Shown here: positions 54,906 through 64,000 of the stretch, one piece after another
Numbering within the stretch: the first letter of the stretch is position 1
Layout of the letters: every line of letters begins with the position of its first letter
The notes under the pieces: model-generated
Databases searched by the model: none
Told to the model about the DNA's origin: nothing
Seen by the model: only the letters and a program-made list of their open reading frames with translations
DNA from: an uncultured bacterium
GTDB taxonomy: Bacteria; Omnitrophota; Omnitrophia; Omnitrophales; Aquincolibacteriaceae
Direction: 5' to 3'
Assembly (NCBI GenBank): GCA_964434115.1
Contig: CAYSSX010000001.1
Location: 18,197-82,196, forward strand
DNA: 64,000 nucleotides
Translations under genes and position numbers: made by a program

Positions 54906-55855
54906 AAATCCCCCTTGTGACGGTTGTGATCCCGACTTACAACCGCCGTCATTTAATTGAAGAGGCGCTGGACAGTGTTTTTGCCCAGACCTTTACCGAC
55001 TACGAAGTGGTGCTTGTGGACGACGGTTCTACGGACGGCACGGAGGCACTCGTCAAAAAAAAATACGGCACGCGCCTCAGGTATGTCCGGCAGGAAAACC
55101 AGGGGATTTCCGGCGCCCGCAACACGGGGATCGCCAATGCCTCCGGAAAATACGTGGCGTTTCTCGATTCTGACGACAAATGGCTGCCTGAGAAACTCGC
55201 GCGGCAGGTTGCCTTTATGGAAGCGCACCCGGAAACCGGACTTCTTTCCACCAAGCTGGCGCGGTATGAACTGGGCGGAGACAAAGAGAAAGTGGAAATC
55301 TGTCCCGTGGATTTCCCAAGGAATTTCCAGGACTTGCTGACCGGCAAAAATAATGTTCCGACCACCACGACCCTGGTGCGCCGTGAATGCTTTGAAAAGG
55401 CGGGTCTTTTTGACCGTGAACTTCCGGTGGCTGAAGACTGGGATTTGTGGCTGCGCATTGCCGAGCATTACGGTTTGGCTTGTCTGGATGAAATTCTTGC
55501 CGAGCACCGGGACCATTCGCAGAAAACCACTCAGAACCTTGCAAAAACCTACGAAGGCTATTGGCGGTTTTATGCCAAGACCGCTGAACTGTATGCGGAC
55601 AAGATCCCCAACCTCGCTGAAGTCCGGCGCCGCGGCCAGTCCTTCCGCTACCTTCTGGGGATTCACCTGATGCGCGGCGGGCATTACGGGGCGAGTTTGT
55701 CACACCTTTGCGCAGTGCTGGCCGCGGACCCCGCGGTGGGCCTTTACTTTGCCCAGGGGGAAGCGAGTCCGTTCAAAAAAACCGTTTCTGTCATGAAACC
55801 TTACGGGGCCTGTCTTGCGGCTCTGGTGATGCCCCTTTGGAAAAGGAGTTCCTGA
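54902..55855 (+). CDS. Glycosyltransferase family 2
   Basis: It has the motifs VVIPTYNRRHLI and FLDSDD. Its ATGA start overlaps the upstream stop. Confidence 0.85.
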   Translation: MKIPLVTVVIPTYNRRHLIEEALDSVFAQTFTDYEVVLVDDGSTDGTEALVKKKYGTRLRYVRQENQGISGARNTGIANASGKYVAFLDSDDKWLPEKLARQVAFMEAHPETGLLSTKLARYELGGDKEKVEICPVDFPRNFQDLLTGKNNVPTTTTLVRRECFEKAGLFDRELPVAEDWDLWLRIAEHYGLACLDEILAEHRDHSQKTTQNLAKTYEGYWRFYAKTAELYADKIPNLAEVRRRGQSFRYLLGIHLMRGGHYGASLSHLCAVLAADPAVGLYFAQGEASPFKKTVSVMKPYGACLAALVMPLWKRSS

Positions 55856-56776
55856 ATGATCAGTGTCATTATCTGCACCTACAACCGGGCGGAAAGCCTC
55901 AAAGAAACTTTGGATGCGCTTGCAAAGTTAACCGCGCCGTCACCCGGTTTTGAAGTGATTGTGGTGAACAACAACAGCAGCGACGCAACACCGGAAGTGG
56001 TGAAGGCCGCGGCCGAGGGGGCTTCGTTTCCCGTCAAGTATGTGTTTGAACCCAAGCAGGGATTGTCTCATGCGCGTAACTCGGGCATTGAAGAAGCCCG
56101 CGGCGAATTTCTGGTTTTTACGGACGATGACATTATTCCCGAAAAACAGTGGCTTTCTTCCATCCGCGACGGTTTTATGCTGTTTGAAGCGGATGTTGTG
56201 AGCGGGCCTTTGCAGGCTTTATGGTTTGCTCAGCCCCCGGCCTGGTATCAGAACCCCGGGGTTCGCAAGTCTTTGAGCGGGCTTCTGGGGGAACTTGATT
56301 TAGGACCCCGCCCGCTGATTGCTGAAAGCCTTGAGCACGGGTTTATGTTTGGGGCCAATATGGCGTTCCGGAAGAGCTTTTTTTCTGACGTGGGTGTTTT
56401 CCGGACCGATCTCGGGGTTTCCGGAAAAAAACACGGACTCGGTGAAGACACGGAAATTCTTGAAAGAGGTTTCCGGGCCGGCAAGAAATTTGTTTATATT
56501 CCCGGGGCGAAGGTTGGGCATAAAGTCCGTCCTGAAATGCTGACGCCGGCGTACATCCGGCACTGGAAGTACCAAAAGGGTCTTTCCGTGACCCGCAGCT
56601 CTGTAAAGCCCTTTCGATTTCCTCCGTTCTGGCTGTTGAAGGAATGCGCGGGGCACGCGTTTTCGAGTCTCGTATGGCGCTTCCGGGGCCGCGTATCCGA
56701 AGCACTAAACCGAGAGCTGTCCTTCTGGATTCAGGCCGGGCAGATCAGCGGTTATTTTCAGAATGAATTTAAGTGA
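55856..56776 (+). CDS. Glycosyltransferase family 2
   Basis: It has the motifs VIICTYNRAESL, KQGLSHARNSGIEEARGE and FTDDD. Confidence 0.85.
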   Translation: MISVIICTYNRAESLKETLDALAKLTAPSPGFEVIVVNNNSSDATPEVVKAAAEGASFPVKYVFEPKQGLSHARNSGIEEARGEFLVFTDDDIIPEKQWLSSIRDGFMLFEADVVSGPLQALWFAQPPAWYQNPGVRKSLSGLLGELDLGPRPLIAESLEHGFMFGANMAFRKSFFSDVGVFRTDLGVSGKKHGLGEDTEILERGFRAGKKFVYIPGAKVGHKVRPEMLTPAYIRHWKYQKGLSVTRSSVKPFRFPPFWLLKECAGHAFSSLVWRFRGRVSEALNRELSFWIQAGQISGYFQNEFK

Positions 56777-56789
56777 GACTGCGGAACCC

Positions 56790-57782
56790 ATGAAACCTGC
56801 CCCTGATGTAACGCTGATTATTGCGACGTGGAACCGGGTGAACGATCTCCGCGAAACCCTGCGGCAGGTTTCCCTCCAGGACACCAAGGGCACTTTCACG
56901 TTTCAAGTGATTGTGGCGGACAACAATTCCTCGGATGATACACGTTTGGCTGTTGAAAGCTTTCAGCCGGCCTACCCGGTACCGCTTCACTATGTGTTTG
57001 AAAAAAAACAGGGGAAATCGTTTGCCCTGAATACGGCGCTTCGAAGCACACCCTCTCCTTATATTGCTTTCACGGATGATGATTGTTTTATGGGGCCGGA
57101 TTGGCTGCTGGGAATCTGGCGGACGTTTCAGGAGTTTGACGCGGATGGCGTCGGAGGACCGGTTTACGCGGTGTGGAAAGGGGAACGGCCGGATTGGTTC
57201 GGTGACGATCTCGCGCGGCAAGTGGGCACGGTCGATCACGGGGACAAGGCGCATGTGCTGACCACGCATTTGGAATCTTTCATCGGGCCCAACTGCGCGT
57301 ACCGCCGGAAAGTCTTTGAAAAAATCGGAGGCTATGACACCGAGCGCCTTGGGAACTCTGAAGACGTGGATCTTTTTATCAGGGCCTTTAAAGCCGGCTT
57401 CAAGCTGGTGTATCAGCCCGCGGTCCGGGTGGGCAACAAAATCGAGTTTTCTCCGGACATGAGAAAGACCCTTAAAAAGCGGTTTTGGAGACAGGGGCGG
57501 GCGATCGCTTACGGGGTTCAGGAAGAAGGCCCGAAAAAACGCACGCTTTGCCGGGTTCCGCTGTGGATGGTCCGGTACGTGATTGAGCTGCACTTTGAGG
57601 CGCTCGCCGCCAGGCTCCGCGGAGACCGCGTAAAAGCCGCCTGGCATTGGCTGCGCCGCTATTTTTATCTGGGCGCCATTTATTACTGTTTTGAAGACTG
57701 GCGGCTTAACCGTGTCACGGATCACGGGAGGCCTGAAATTCCGGTGTATCAAGCAAAGCCTCAAAGCGGAGTGCGCGCATGA
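56790..57782 (+). CDS. Glycosyltransferase family 2
   Basis: It has the motifs LIIATWNRVNDL and FTDDD. The start is adjusted to MKPAPD. Confidence 0.8.
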   Translation: MKPAPDVTLIIATWNRVNDLRETLRQVSLQDTKGTFTFQVIVADNNSSDDTRLAVESFQPAYPVPLHYVFEKKQGKSFALNTALRSTPSPYIAFTDDDCFMGPDWLLGIWRTFQEFDADGVGGPVYAVWKGERPDWFGDDLARQVGTVDHGDKAHVLTTHLESFIGPNCAYRRKVFEKIGGYDTERLGNSEDVDLFIRAFKAGFKLVYQPAVRVGNKIEFSPDMRKTLKKRFWRQGRAIAYGVQEEGPKKRTLCRVPLWMVRYVIELHFEALAARLRGDRVKAAWHWLRRYFYLGAIYYCFEDWRLNRVTDHGRPEIPVYQAKPQSGVRA

Positions 57783-58909
57783 AGCCGCTCCGCATCGGTC
57801 TGGATGCCCGGCCGCTTTACTCGCCGGCCATGAAAGGGATTGGGGTTTATCTTCAGAACCTTTTGAATGAAATGCTCCGTCTTGAGCCTTCCGCGGAATT
57901 CTTTCTTTATTATGATTCACGCCAGAAAACCTTGAACCGCAAGCCGGACTCCGCGAAAGTCACGGAACGCCCGGTTCAAATCGGCACCGGCGACCGGTTT
58001 TACTTCTGGGAGCAATGGGCCTTTCCGCGCGCGCTGGAACGCGACCGGATTTCACTCCTTCATTCTCCCGCGAACACGCTTCCCCTGGGTTTTAAGGGGC
58101 CGAAGGTGGTCACGGTCCACGACACGACCATTCAGGAGCGCGAGGACAAAACCCGCATCGACATGTTTTATTACAATTTTTTTCAGCCCTTTGCGGTCAG
58201 GCGCGCGGACCGCGTGCTGACGGTCTCCGAATTTTCCAAAACCAACATTGAAAAAAGACTTGGCGTGCGTGAAAGCAAAATCCGCGTGATTCCTAACGGC
58301 ATCAGCCCCGCGTTCCGGCTTTTGGCGGATGAGAAAATGGTGGAAGAGGTCAAGGCCCGTTTGGGCATCCGGGGCCGTTACATTTTTAACGCGGGCGGCG
58401 AGAGTCCCTGGAAGAATGTGGCGCGTCTTATTGAGGCCTACAGCGCGCTGGATTGCCCGGAAGAATTGGTGATTACCGGGGTGCGCAGTGAAAAGGTCCG
58501 CGCCGGGCATCTTGAAAAGATAAAAGAGCTGGGTTTGAAAGACCGTGTCCACCTGCTCACCTATGTTTCGGAGCAGGATTTGATCGCGCTTTACAACGGT
58601 GCCTCGGTTTTTATTTACCCGTCCCTGCTTGAGGGGTTCGGGTTTCCTCCGCTTGAGGCCATGGCCTGCGGGGTTCCTGTCGCGGCTTCAAACGCGGCCT
58701 CTATTCCGGAAGTCACGGGCGCCGCGGCTTTGTCGTTTGATGGAAACCGCACCGCGGACATCGCGGGCGCTCTTCGGCGTTTACTGACCGATGAAGAACT
58801 CCGGGCCGATCTCCGGAAACGCGGGTTTGAACGGGTGCGGCGTTTTACCTGGGAGCAGAACGCGCGCGAGACCCTGAAAGTTTACCGGGAAGTTTTGAAT
58901 GCCCAATAA
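57779..58909 (+). CDS. Glycosyltransferase family 4
   Basis: It has the motif EGFGFPPLEAMACGVPV. Confidence 0.85.
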   Translation: MKPLRIGLDARPLYSPAMKGIGVYLQNLLNEMLRLEPSAEFFLYYDSRQKTLNRKPDSAKVTERPVQIGTGDRFYFWEQWAFPRALERDRISLLHSPANTLPLGFKGPKVVTVHDTTIQEREDKTRIDMFYYNFFQPFAVRRADRVLTVSEFSKTNIEKRLGVRESKIRVIPNGISPAFRLLADEKMVEEVKARLGIRGRYIFNAGGESPWKNVARLIEAYSALDCPEELVITGVRSEKVRAGHLEKIKELGLKDRVHLLTYVSEQDLIALYNGASVFIYPSLLEGFGFPPLEAMACGVPVAASNAASIPEVTGAAALSFDGNRTADIAGALRRLLTDEELRADLRKRGFERVRRFTWEQNARETLKVYREVLNAQ

Positions 58910-60080
58910 TTTCACGCAGGTTTTGATCGCGGAGTCGGGGAGCGGGTATGGCGGCACGGCCAAATACCTTGCAGACCTGCTGCCCGTGCTCAAGGAAAAA
59001 GGGATTTCGGCGCGGGTGTTGTCTTACGGGATGGGGCCCTTTTTGAAACGCCTGAAAGACAGCGGCTGGCCTTTTGAATACAAACCGGAATGGAAGTTTC
59101 CAGCGGGCGGGGAAAAGACGGAGCGCTGGGGGTTGCCCGGGCTTTTGATTGCGGGCGGGTTTCAGATGCTGACCCAGGTGCCTGGGATTACGCGCTGGCT
59201 AAGGGAAAATGAAATCGGCCTGGTGCATTTGAATAATGAAATCCTGACTCACCTTCCGCTTCTCTATGCGGCCAAACGGGCGGGGTGCCGGGTGGTCTGC
59301 CATTTGCACGGCTGGCGGGAAATGACCCGCCTTGAACGCCTCGCGGTGAAGCACGTGGACACCTTTGTCTGTATCTCGCATACCGGCGCGGATTATTTTT
59401 CGAAACAGCTGGGCCGCGGCGTGGTGCCTGCTCCGAATGGCATTGTGATCGGCCCTGAATACCAGGCTCTGCCGGCCAAACGCCGGGGGGTACGGGAAAA
59501 GTGGAAAATAGCCGAAAATGAGATTCTGGTCAGCCTTATCGGCCGGGTGATTTCCTGGAAGGGGCAGGATGTTTTTCTGAAGGCCCTTTCGCTCGCGTCA
59601 CGTGAGGCCCCGGGCTTGCGCGGATTGATTTTAGGCAAGGACACATCCCCGGGCGAAAAAGAATGGAAACGCCTTCAGGAACTGGCCCGCGAACTTGGGG
59701 TTCATGAGCGTGTGGTTTTTCTGCCGTGGCTGGAGGACGTGGCTTCGGCCTACGCGGCTTCTGACATTGTGGTGCATGCCTCAGTGAAGCCGGAGCCTTT
59801 TGGCCTGGTGATCCTTGAGGCCATGGCCGCGGGACGGCCCGTGATTGCAACGCGTGCCGGCGGCGTGGTGGATATTGTGGAGGACGGGGTGTCGGGTCTT
59901 TTGATCGAGCCTGGAAGCGCGGAAGCCCTGGCCGGGGCCCTTCTGAAAATCGTCCGCGATCCTGAGTTTGCTGCCCGGATTTCCGCGGCCGGTGAAGCCC
60001 GGGTGCGTGAAGTTTTTACCATGGAAAAAAACGCGGCGATTATCGCGGGTGTTTACGAACAACTTTTGTCCCGGAATTAA
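58899..60080 (+). CDS. Glycosyltransferase family 4
   Basis: It has the motif EPFGLVILEAMAAGRPVIATRAGG. Confidence 0.85.
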   Translation: MPNNFTQVLIAESGSGYGGTAKYLADLLPVLKEKGISARVLSYGMGPFLKRLKDSGWPFEYKPEWKFPAGGEKTERWGLPGLLIAGGFQMLTQVPGITRWLRENEIGLVHLNNEILTHLPLLYAAKRAGCRVVCHLHGWREMTRLERLAVKHVDTFVCISHTGADYFSKQLGRGVVPAPNGIVIGPEYQALPAKRRGVREKWKIAENEILVSLIGRVISWKGQDVFLKALSLASREAPGLRGLILGKDTSPGEKEWKRLQELARELGVHERVVFLPWLEDVASAYAASDIVVHASVKPEPFGLVILEAMAAGRPVIATRAGGVVDIVEDGVSGLLIEPGSAEALAGALLKIVRDPEFAARISAAGEARVREVFTMEKNAAIIAGVYEQLLSRN

Positions 60081-60095
60081 AGAAGGGGATTTGCT

Positions 60096-61658
60096 GTGAT
60101 GGATGAAAATGAAAAACCGGTAGAACCCGCGGAAGCGTCCAAAAGCGCCAAGGACTATATCTGGATGTCGCTGGCCGTGGCCTTTCTGGCGTTTATTGTC
60201 ATCAAGGACGTTAATATTCCCAAGGTGGTGATCGCGGCTTTGACCGTGGTGTCGGGCATTACGCTCCTTGTGCAGGGCATGAAAAAGCCTGAAATCGTCA
60301 CTTACGCGCTAGTGGCTTATCTGCCGTTCAGCAAAAAACTGGCCGGGGATTTCGGAGGGCTGGCCACGGCCTTCAACTTCACCAACATTCTTTTGATTTT
60401 CATTATCTATGTGTGGATGACGAGCAAGCACGAACCGGGCGAACGAAAGTGGCTGCCCACGAGTCTTAATATCCCGATTTATATTTTTACCCTGATGGGG
60501 ATTGTGTCAGTCTTCCGCGGGACCTACGCGGACGGCGGGCAGATCCACCACGCCCTCATTGAATACAAACGCTGGATCACCCCGATCTTCCTGTATTTCC
60601 TTGTGCTGAACACCGTGAAGGACCGTTTGATGGTCCGCAACGTGGCCTTGATTATTATGATTGTGACCACGGTGGTCGCCTGCATGGCCATTTACGATTA
60701 CATTGATCAGGGGGAAATGGGAAGCCTTGAAAAGTCGCGCATCGGCGGCATTGCCGACCAGCCCAACATGTTGGCCGCTTTTTTCTGCTACTACATGTTT
60801 TTGTATCTGGCTTTTTTCTACAACAATCTGGGCAAGGCCAAATACTGGATGCTGCTGATTCCATTTGCGCTTTGTTTTCGCGGTATCATGGTTTGCTTTT
60901 CACGCGGAGGCTACCTGGCCTTTGCACTGGGGGTTTACGCCACCACCTTTTTCCGAAGTAAATTCTTCTTCGCACTTCTCCTGGGGTTGTCTTTCATTAT
61001 TTATATGAACCCCGCGCTTTTGCCCGCCGGGGTCCGCTACCGCATGGGGCAGACCTTTGTTTCAAACGGAGCGGACACCAGTTACATTGATAAAACGCTG
61101 GACGACGCCGAGGCCAATCTTGAAACCAGCTCGAAACGCCGCGTGGATGTCTGGAAAGCCTCGATGAAGATGATCAAGGAAAACCCGGTTTTCGGAATCG
61201 GTTACCGGCTTTTCGAAAGTCAAATTGCCTATTACTGGGACGGCGGCACCATGGATGCCCACAACACCTACATTATTATCGCTGCCGAGATGGGGATTCC
61301 CGCGCTCGTGGCCTTTATCATGATCATTCTGCTTGTCCTCTTTGAAAGTTACATGCTCTACGTGGGGACGCAGGACGCTTTTGCGAAATCACTGGCACTG
61401 GGTTTTATCGGCGGCTTGTTCGGACTTCTCTTGAGCAACATGTTCGGTTCGCGCCTGGATGCCCAGGAAGTGTCCAGCTATTTCTGGATTCTCGCCGCGC
61501 TTGTTTACCGGCTTCGCTACATTGACCGCCGCGAACTGGGGGATCAGGACATCGGGCTGTTCGGCCCAAGGACCCCGCGGGTTGTGGAAGGGCCGGTGTC
61601 TGCGGATAAACCCAAGAAAAAGCGCAACACGCTTGATGCGTGCTGGGGAGAACCCTGA
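60096..61658 (+). CDS. Wzy-type polysaccharide polymerase / O-antigen ligase family membrane protein
   Basis: It has about 11 TM helices and a Wzy_C-like region (AHNTYIIIAAEMGIPALVAF). Confidence 0.8.
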   Translation: MMDENEKPVEPAEASKSAKDYIWMSLAVAFLAFIVIKDVNIPKVVIAALTVVSGITLLVQGMKKPEIVTYALVAYLPFSKKLAGDFGGLATAFNFTNILLIFIIYVWMTSKHEPGERKWLPTSLNIPIYIFTLMGIVSVFRGTYADGGQIHHALIEYKRWITPIFLYFLVLNTVKDRLMVRNVALIIMIVTTVVACMAIYDYIDQGEMGSLEKSRIGGIADQPNMLAAFFCYYMFLYLAFFYNNLGKAKYWMLLIPFALCFRGIMVCFSRGGYLAFALGVYATTFFRSKFFFALLLGLSFIIYMNPALLPAGVRYRMGQTFVSNGADTSYIDKTLDDAEANLETSSKRRVDVWKASMKMIKENPVFGIGYRLFESQIAYYWDGGTMDAHNTYIIIAAEMGIPALVAFIMIILLVLFESYMLYVGTQDAFAKSLALGFIGGLFGLLLSNMFGSRLDAQEVSSYFWILAALVYRLRYIDRRELGDQDIGLFGPRTPRVVEGPVSADKPKKKRNTLDACWGEP

Positions 61659-61661
61659 CGC

Positions 61662-62771
61662 ATGGCAGCCGTGAAGGTGGCTCATGTGATCTGGTCGCTG
61701 GGTCTTGGCGGAGCGGAGCAGGTGGTGCTCGGCCTTGTCCGTAATTTTGACCGCAGCCGTTATGAGCCGATGGTGGTTTGCCTGGATGACAAAGGCCGTT
61801 TTGCGGCTCCGGCCGAAGAAGCGGGAGTGAAGGTTTTGGCGCTTGAAAAAAAACGCGGCTTTGACCTTGGCCTTCCTTTCCGCCTGGCCCGTCTTTTCCG
61901 GGAAGAGGGGGTGGGGCTAGTGCACACGCATCTTTTCAACGGGCATCTCTGGGGCCGTTTGGCCGCTTTGATCGCAGGGCTCCCCGTCATTTCAACCGAA
62001 CACGGCATGGACGCCTGGCGAAGCCCTCTGCACCACGGGCTTGATGCGGTGCTGACCTTAAAAAACGCGCGGGTCGTGTTTGTGTCCGATGAGGCCCGGA
62101 AGTTTTACCGCGCCCGTGTTCCTGCGGGGGCGGGCAAAGACCGGGTCTTGTTTAACGGGATTGAAACCGGACGCTTTGAAGGCCGCGATTCACGTCCGCG
62201 CATCCGCTCGGAATTCGGTTTTGCGGCGTGGGACCGCGTGATTGCGACCGCCGGCCGTTTTGTGCCGGAAAAAAGGCATGATGTTTTTCTCGCGGTGATC
62301 CAGAAGCTCAGGGATCAGGGGCTTGCCGTCAAAGCGCTTTTGATCGGCGACGGGCCTCTTAAAGAAAGCGTTGAAAAAAAAACGGCGGAACTGGCGCTGC
62401 AAGACGTAGTGCTCTTTGCGGGGGTGCGGCAGGATTTACCGGATCTCTACCCGGCCATGGATCTTTTTCTGCTGACCTCTGACCGGGAAGGCCTGCCCAT
62501 CACGATTCTTGAGGCCATGGCCGCGGGAACACCCGTGGTTTCAACCGATGTCGGCGGTATTCACGCCTGCATTCAGGACGGTGTTTCGGGGCGTCTGGTG
62601 CCGGCGGGGGATGTGGACGCGCTGGCCCGGGCCGTTTCCGAAACCCTGGCGGACTCTGAAAAAACAGCGAAGTCGGTCCACGAAGCAAAACAAACGGTGC
62701 GCGGGCAGTTTTCCGTGCAGTCCATGGTCAACCAGTATCAAAGTCTTTATGACGAGGTTTTGAGGGCGTGA
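61662..62771 (+). CDS. Glycosyltransferase family 4
   Basis: It has the motif EGLPITILEAMAAGTPVVSTDVGG. Confidence 0.85.
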   Translation: MAAVKVAHVIWSLGLGGAEQVVLGLVRNFDRSRYEPMVVCLDDKGRFAAPAEEAGVKVLALEKKRGFDLGLPFRLARLFREEGVGLVHTHLFNGHLWGRLAALIAGLPVISTEHGMDAWRSPLHHGLDAVLTLKNARVVFVSDEARKFYRARVPAGAGKDRVLFNGIETGRFEGRDSRPRIRSEFGFAAWDRVIATAGRFVPEKRHDVFLAVIQKLRDQGLAVKALLIGDGPLKESVEKKTAELALQDVVLFAGVRQDLPDLYPAMDLFLLTSDREGLPITILEAMAAGTPVVSTDVGGIHACIQDGVSGRLVPAGDVDALARAVSETLADSEKTAKSVHEAKQTVRGQFSVQSMVNQYQSLYDEVLRA

Positions 62772-63964
62772 AAAAAATTGCCTTTATCGTTTCCAAATTT
62801 CCGAGTTATGACGAGGCCTTTCTCCTGCGTGAGCTTTACGCGCTTTCCCAGAAAAGGGATTCCGTCATTTTTTCCCTGCGCGGCGCCAAGGACCCGATTA
62901 TTCATGATCAGGCCCGGGAGCTTCTCAGCCGGACGCTTTACCTGCCGTTTCTTTTTTCTTTCAAGCTCCTCTGGGTCAACTTGAAATGGAAGGTCACAAA
63001 ACCGGGGAAATATTTCCCGGCCTTCTTCAAGGTCATTAAGGGCAATTTGAAAAGCCCGCAGTTTCTGATCCGCAGCCTTGTTTTTTTCCCAAAAAGCGTC
63101 CTGTTCGCGGATTGGGCATTGAAAAACGAAGTGGGGCATATGCACGCTTACTGGGCCACGTACCCCGCGACCGTGGCCTTTATTGTCAACGAATTGACAG
63201 GCATCTCTTACAGTTTCATGGGGCACGCGCACGACATTTATCTCGACACCACGTTCCTCGCTGAGAAAATGAGCCGCGCCACGTTTATCAGCACGTGCAC
63301 GACTTCCAATAAGGAACACCTTCATAAAACCGCGCCGTCTTACCCTCAGGAACAGATCCGCATTATTCATCACGGCCTGGACCTCAAACAATTTGAAGCG
63401 GTCATTGAGAAGAAGAATGAAACCTATGAAATCCTCTCCGTGGGAACGCTTCAGTATTACAAAGGGTTCAATTACCTGCTGGAGTCTTTGGCGCTTTTGA
63501 AAAAGCGGGGCCTTAAGTTTCACTGCACGATTGTGGGCGGGGGACCGGAAGAAAAGAATCTGAAAGAACAGCGTTCTCGGCTCGGCCTTGAAGCCGAGGT
63601 GACCATGACCGGGCCGCTCAAACAGAATGAAGTGATTCCGCATTATAAAAAAGCGGATGTTTCGGTCTTGATGGCGCAGTCGGAATGGCACTGGGGCATT
63701 CCCAATGTTTTGATTGAATCCCTGGCCGCGCGGACCGCGGTCATCACCACGCGTTTTGGTTCGGTGGAGGAATTGATCCAGCATGAAAAGACCGGACTCA
63801 TTGTGACGGCCAAAGACCCGGTGTCGCTCGCGGATGCCCTGGAACGCTACGCCCGGGACCCGGAGCTCAGGCGGACACACGTGGAGGCGGGCAATGCCTT
63901 GGTCCGCCGCGAATTTACTTTGGAACAGAATGTTCAGGAATACCTGGAAAGGTTTTCAGTATGA
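62768..63964 (+). CDS. Glycosyltransferase family 4 (WcaL-like)
   Basis: It has an N-terminal FPSYDEAFLLRE segment and a C-terminal GT-B domain. Confidence 0.8.
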   Translation: MKKIAFIVSKFPSYDEAFLLRELYALSQKRDSVIFSLRGAKDPIIHDQARELLSRTLYLPFLFSFKLLWVNLKWKVTKPGKYFPAFFKVIKGNLKSPQFLIRSLVFFPKSVLFADWALKNEVGHMHAYWATYPATVAFIVNELTGISYSFMGHAHDIYLDTTFLAEKMSRATFISTCTTSNKEHLHKTAPSYPQEQIRIIHHGLDLKQFEAVIEKKNETYEILSVGTLQYYKGFNYLLESLALLKKRGLKFHCTIVGGGPEEKNLKEQRSRLGLEAEVTMTGPLKQNEVIPHYKKADVSVLMAQSEWHWGIPNVLIESLAARTAVITTRFGSVEELIQHEKTGLIVTAKDPVSLADALERYARDPELRRTHVEAGNALVRREFTLEQNVQEYLERFSV

Positions 63965-64000
63965 GTCTGCGTGCGCTGACGCGGACGGCCGCGAAAGCCG

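Overview
The window is 64 kb of a moderately GC-rich (~55%) bacterial chromosome, and every convincing gene (about 62) lies on the + strand. No tRNA, rRNA, CRISPR array, integrase or transposase was recognised; the many long minus-strand ORFs look like GC-driven antisense artefacts. The window divides into four blocks.

- **Housekeeping block (1-15.9 kb):** ogt, rsfS, argS, miaA, an unusual two-component pair (excisionase-type HTH fused to a receiver domain, plus a membrane histidine kinase), a transaldolase/phosphoglucose-isomerase fusion, a LysM amidase lipoprotein, recN, rimO, a PgsA-PgpA fusion, cinA, a 2'-5' RNA ligase and an EndoIII-like glycosylase.
- **Type IVa pilus cluster (16.1-26.5 kb):** it opens with a stand-alone MshEN-like domain protein carrying an intact 24-residue c-di-GMP-binding motif. 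Two tandem PilB/GspE ATPases follow, whose own N-domains have degenerate motifs, then pilC, a pilin gene with a strong intrinsic terminator, and pilMNOPQ. No pilT or pilD is present.
- **Second housekeeping block (26.8-35.7 kb):** RNase G/E, rmuC, a Lys-rich histone-H1-like protein with an EF-Tu domain-2-like beta-barrel, cca, an SNase-like protein, an AsmA-like protein, an ACT-domain protein and def.
- **Exopolysaccharide locus (36.1 kb to the window end):** about 28 kb of Wzx/Wzy-dependent EPS genes that start after a 400-bp AT-rich gap and continue past the window. It contains a small HTH regulator, Wza, Wzz, an ExeA-like ATPase and a stand-alone BY-kinase (the PEP-CTERM-locus type of arrangement, but no exosortase is seen). 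It also carries a UDP-sugar epimerase, glmS, a UDP-sugar dehydrogenase, a methyltransferase, an acetyltransferase, a Sulfotransfer_2-family sulfotransferase, Wzx, Wzy and ten glycosyltransferases (5 GT2, 5 GT4). No priming glycosyltransferase is seen.

The most interesting non-coding signals are shared motifs upstream of the HTH-receiver gene and of the pilus operon, and a GGTTTGCA...CGCAAAC.CAAG hairpin element that recurs in the 5' regions of rng and the wzz-like gene.
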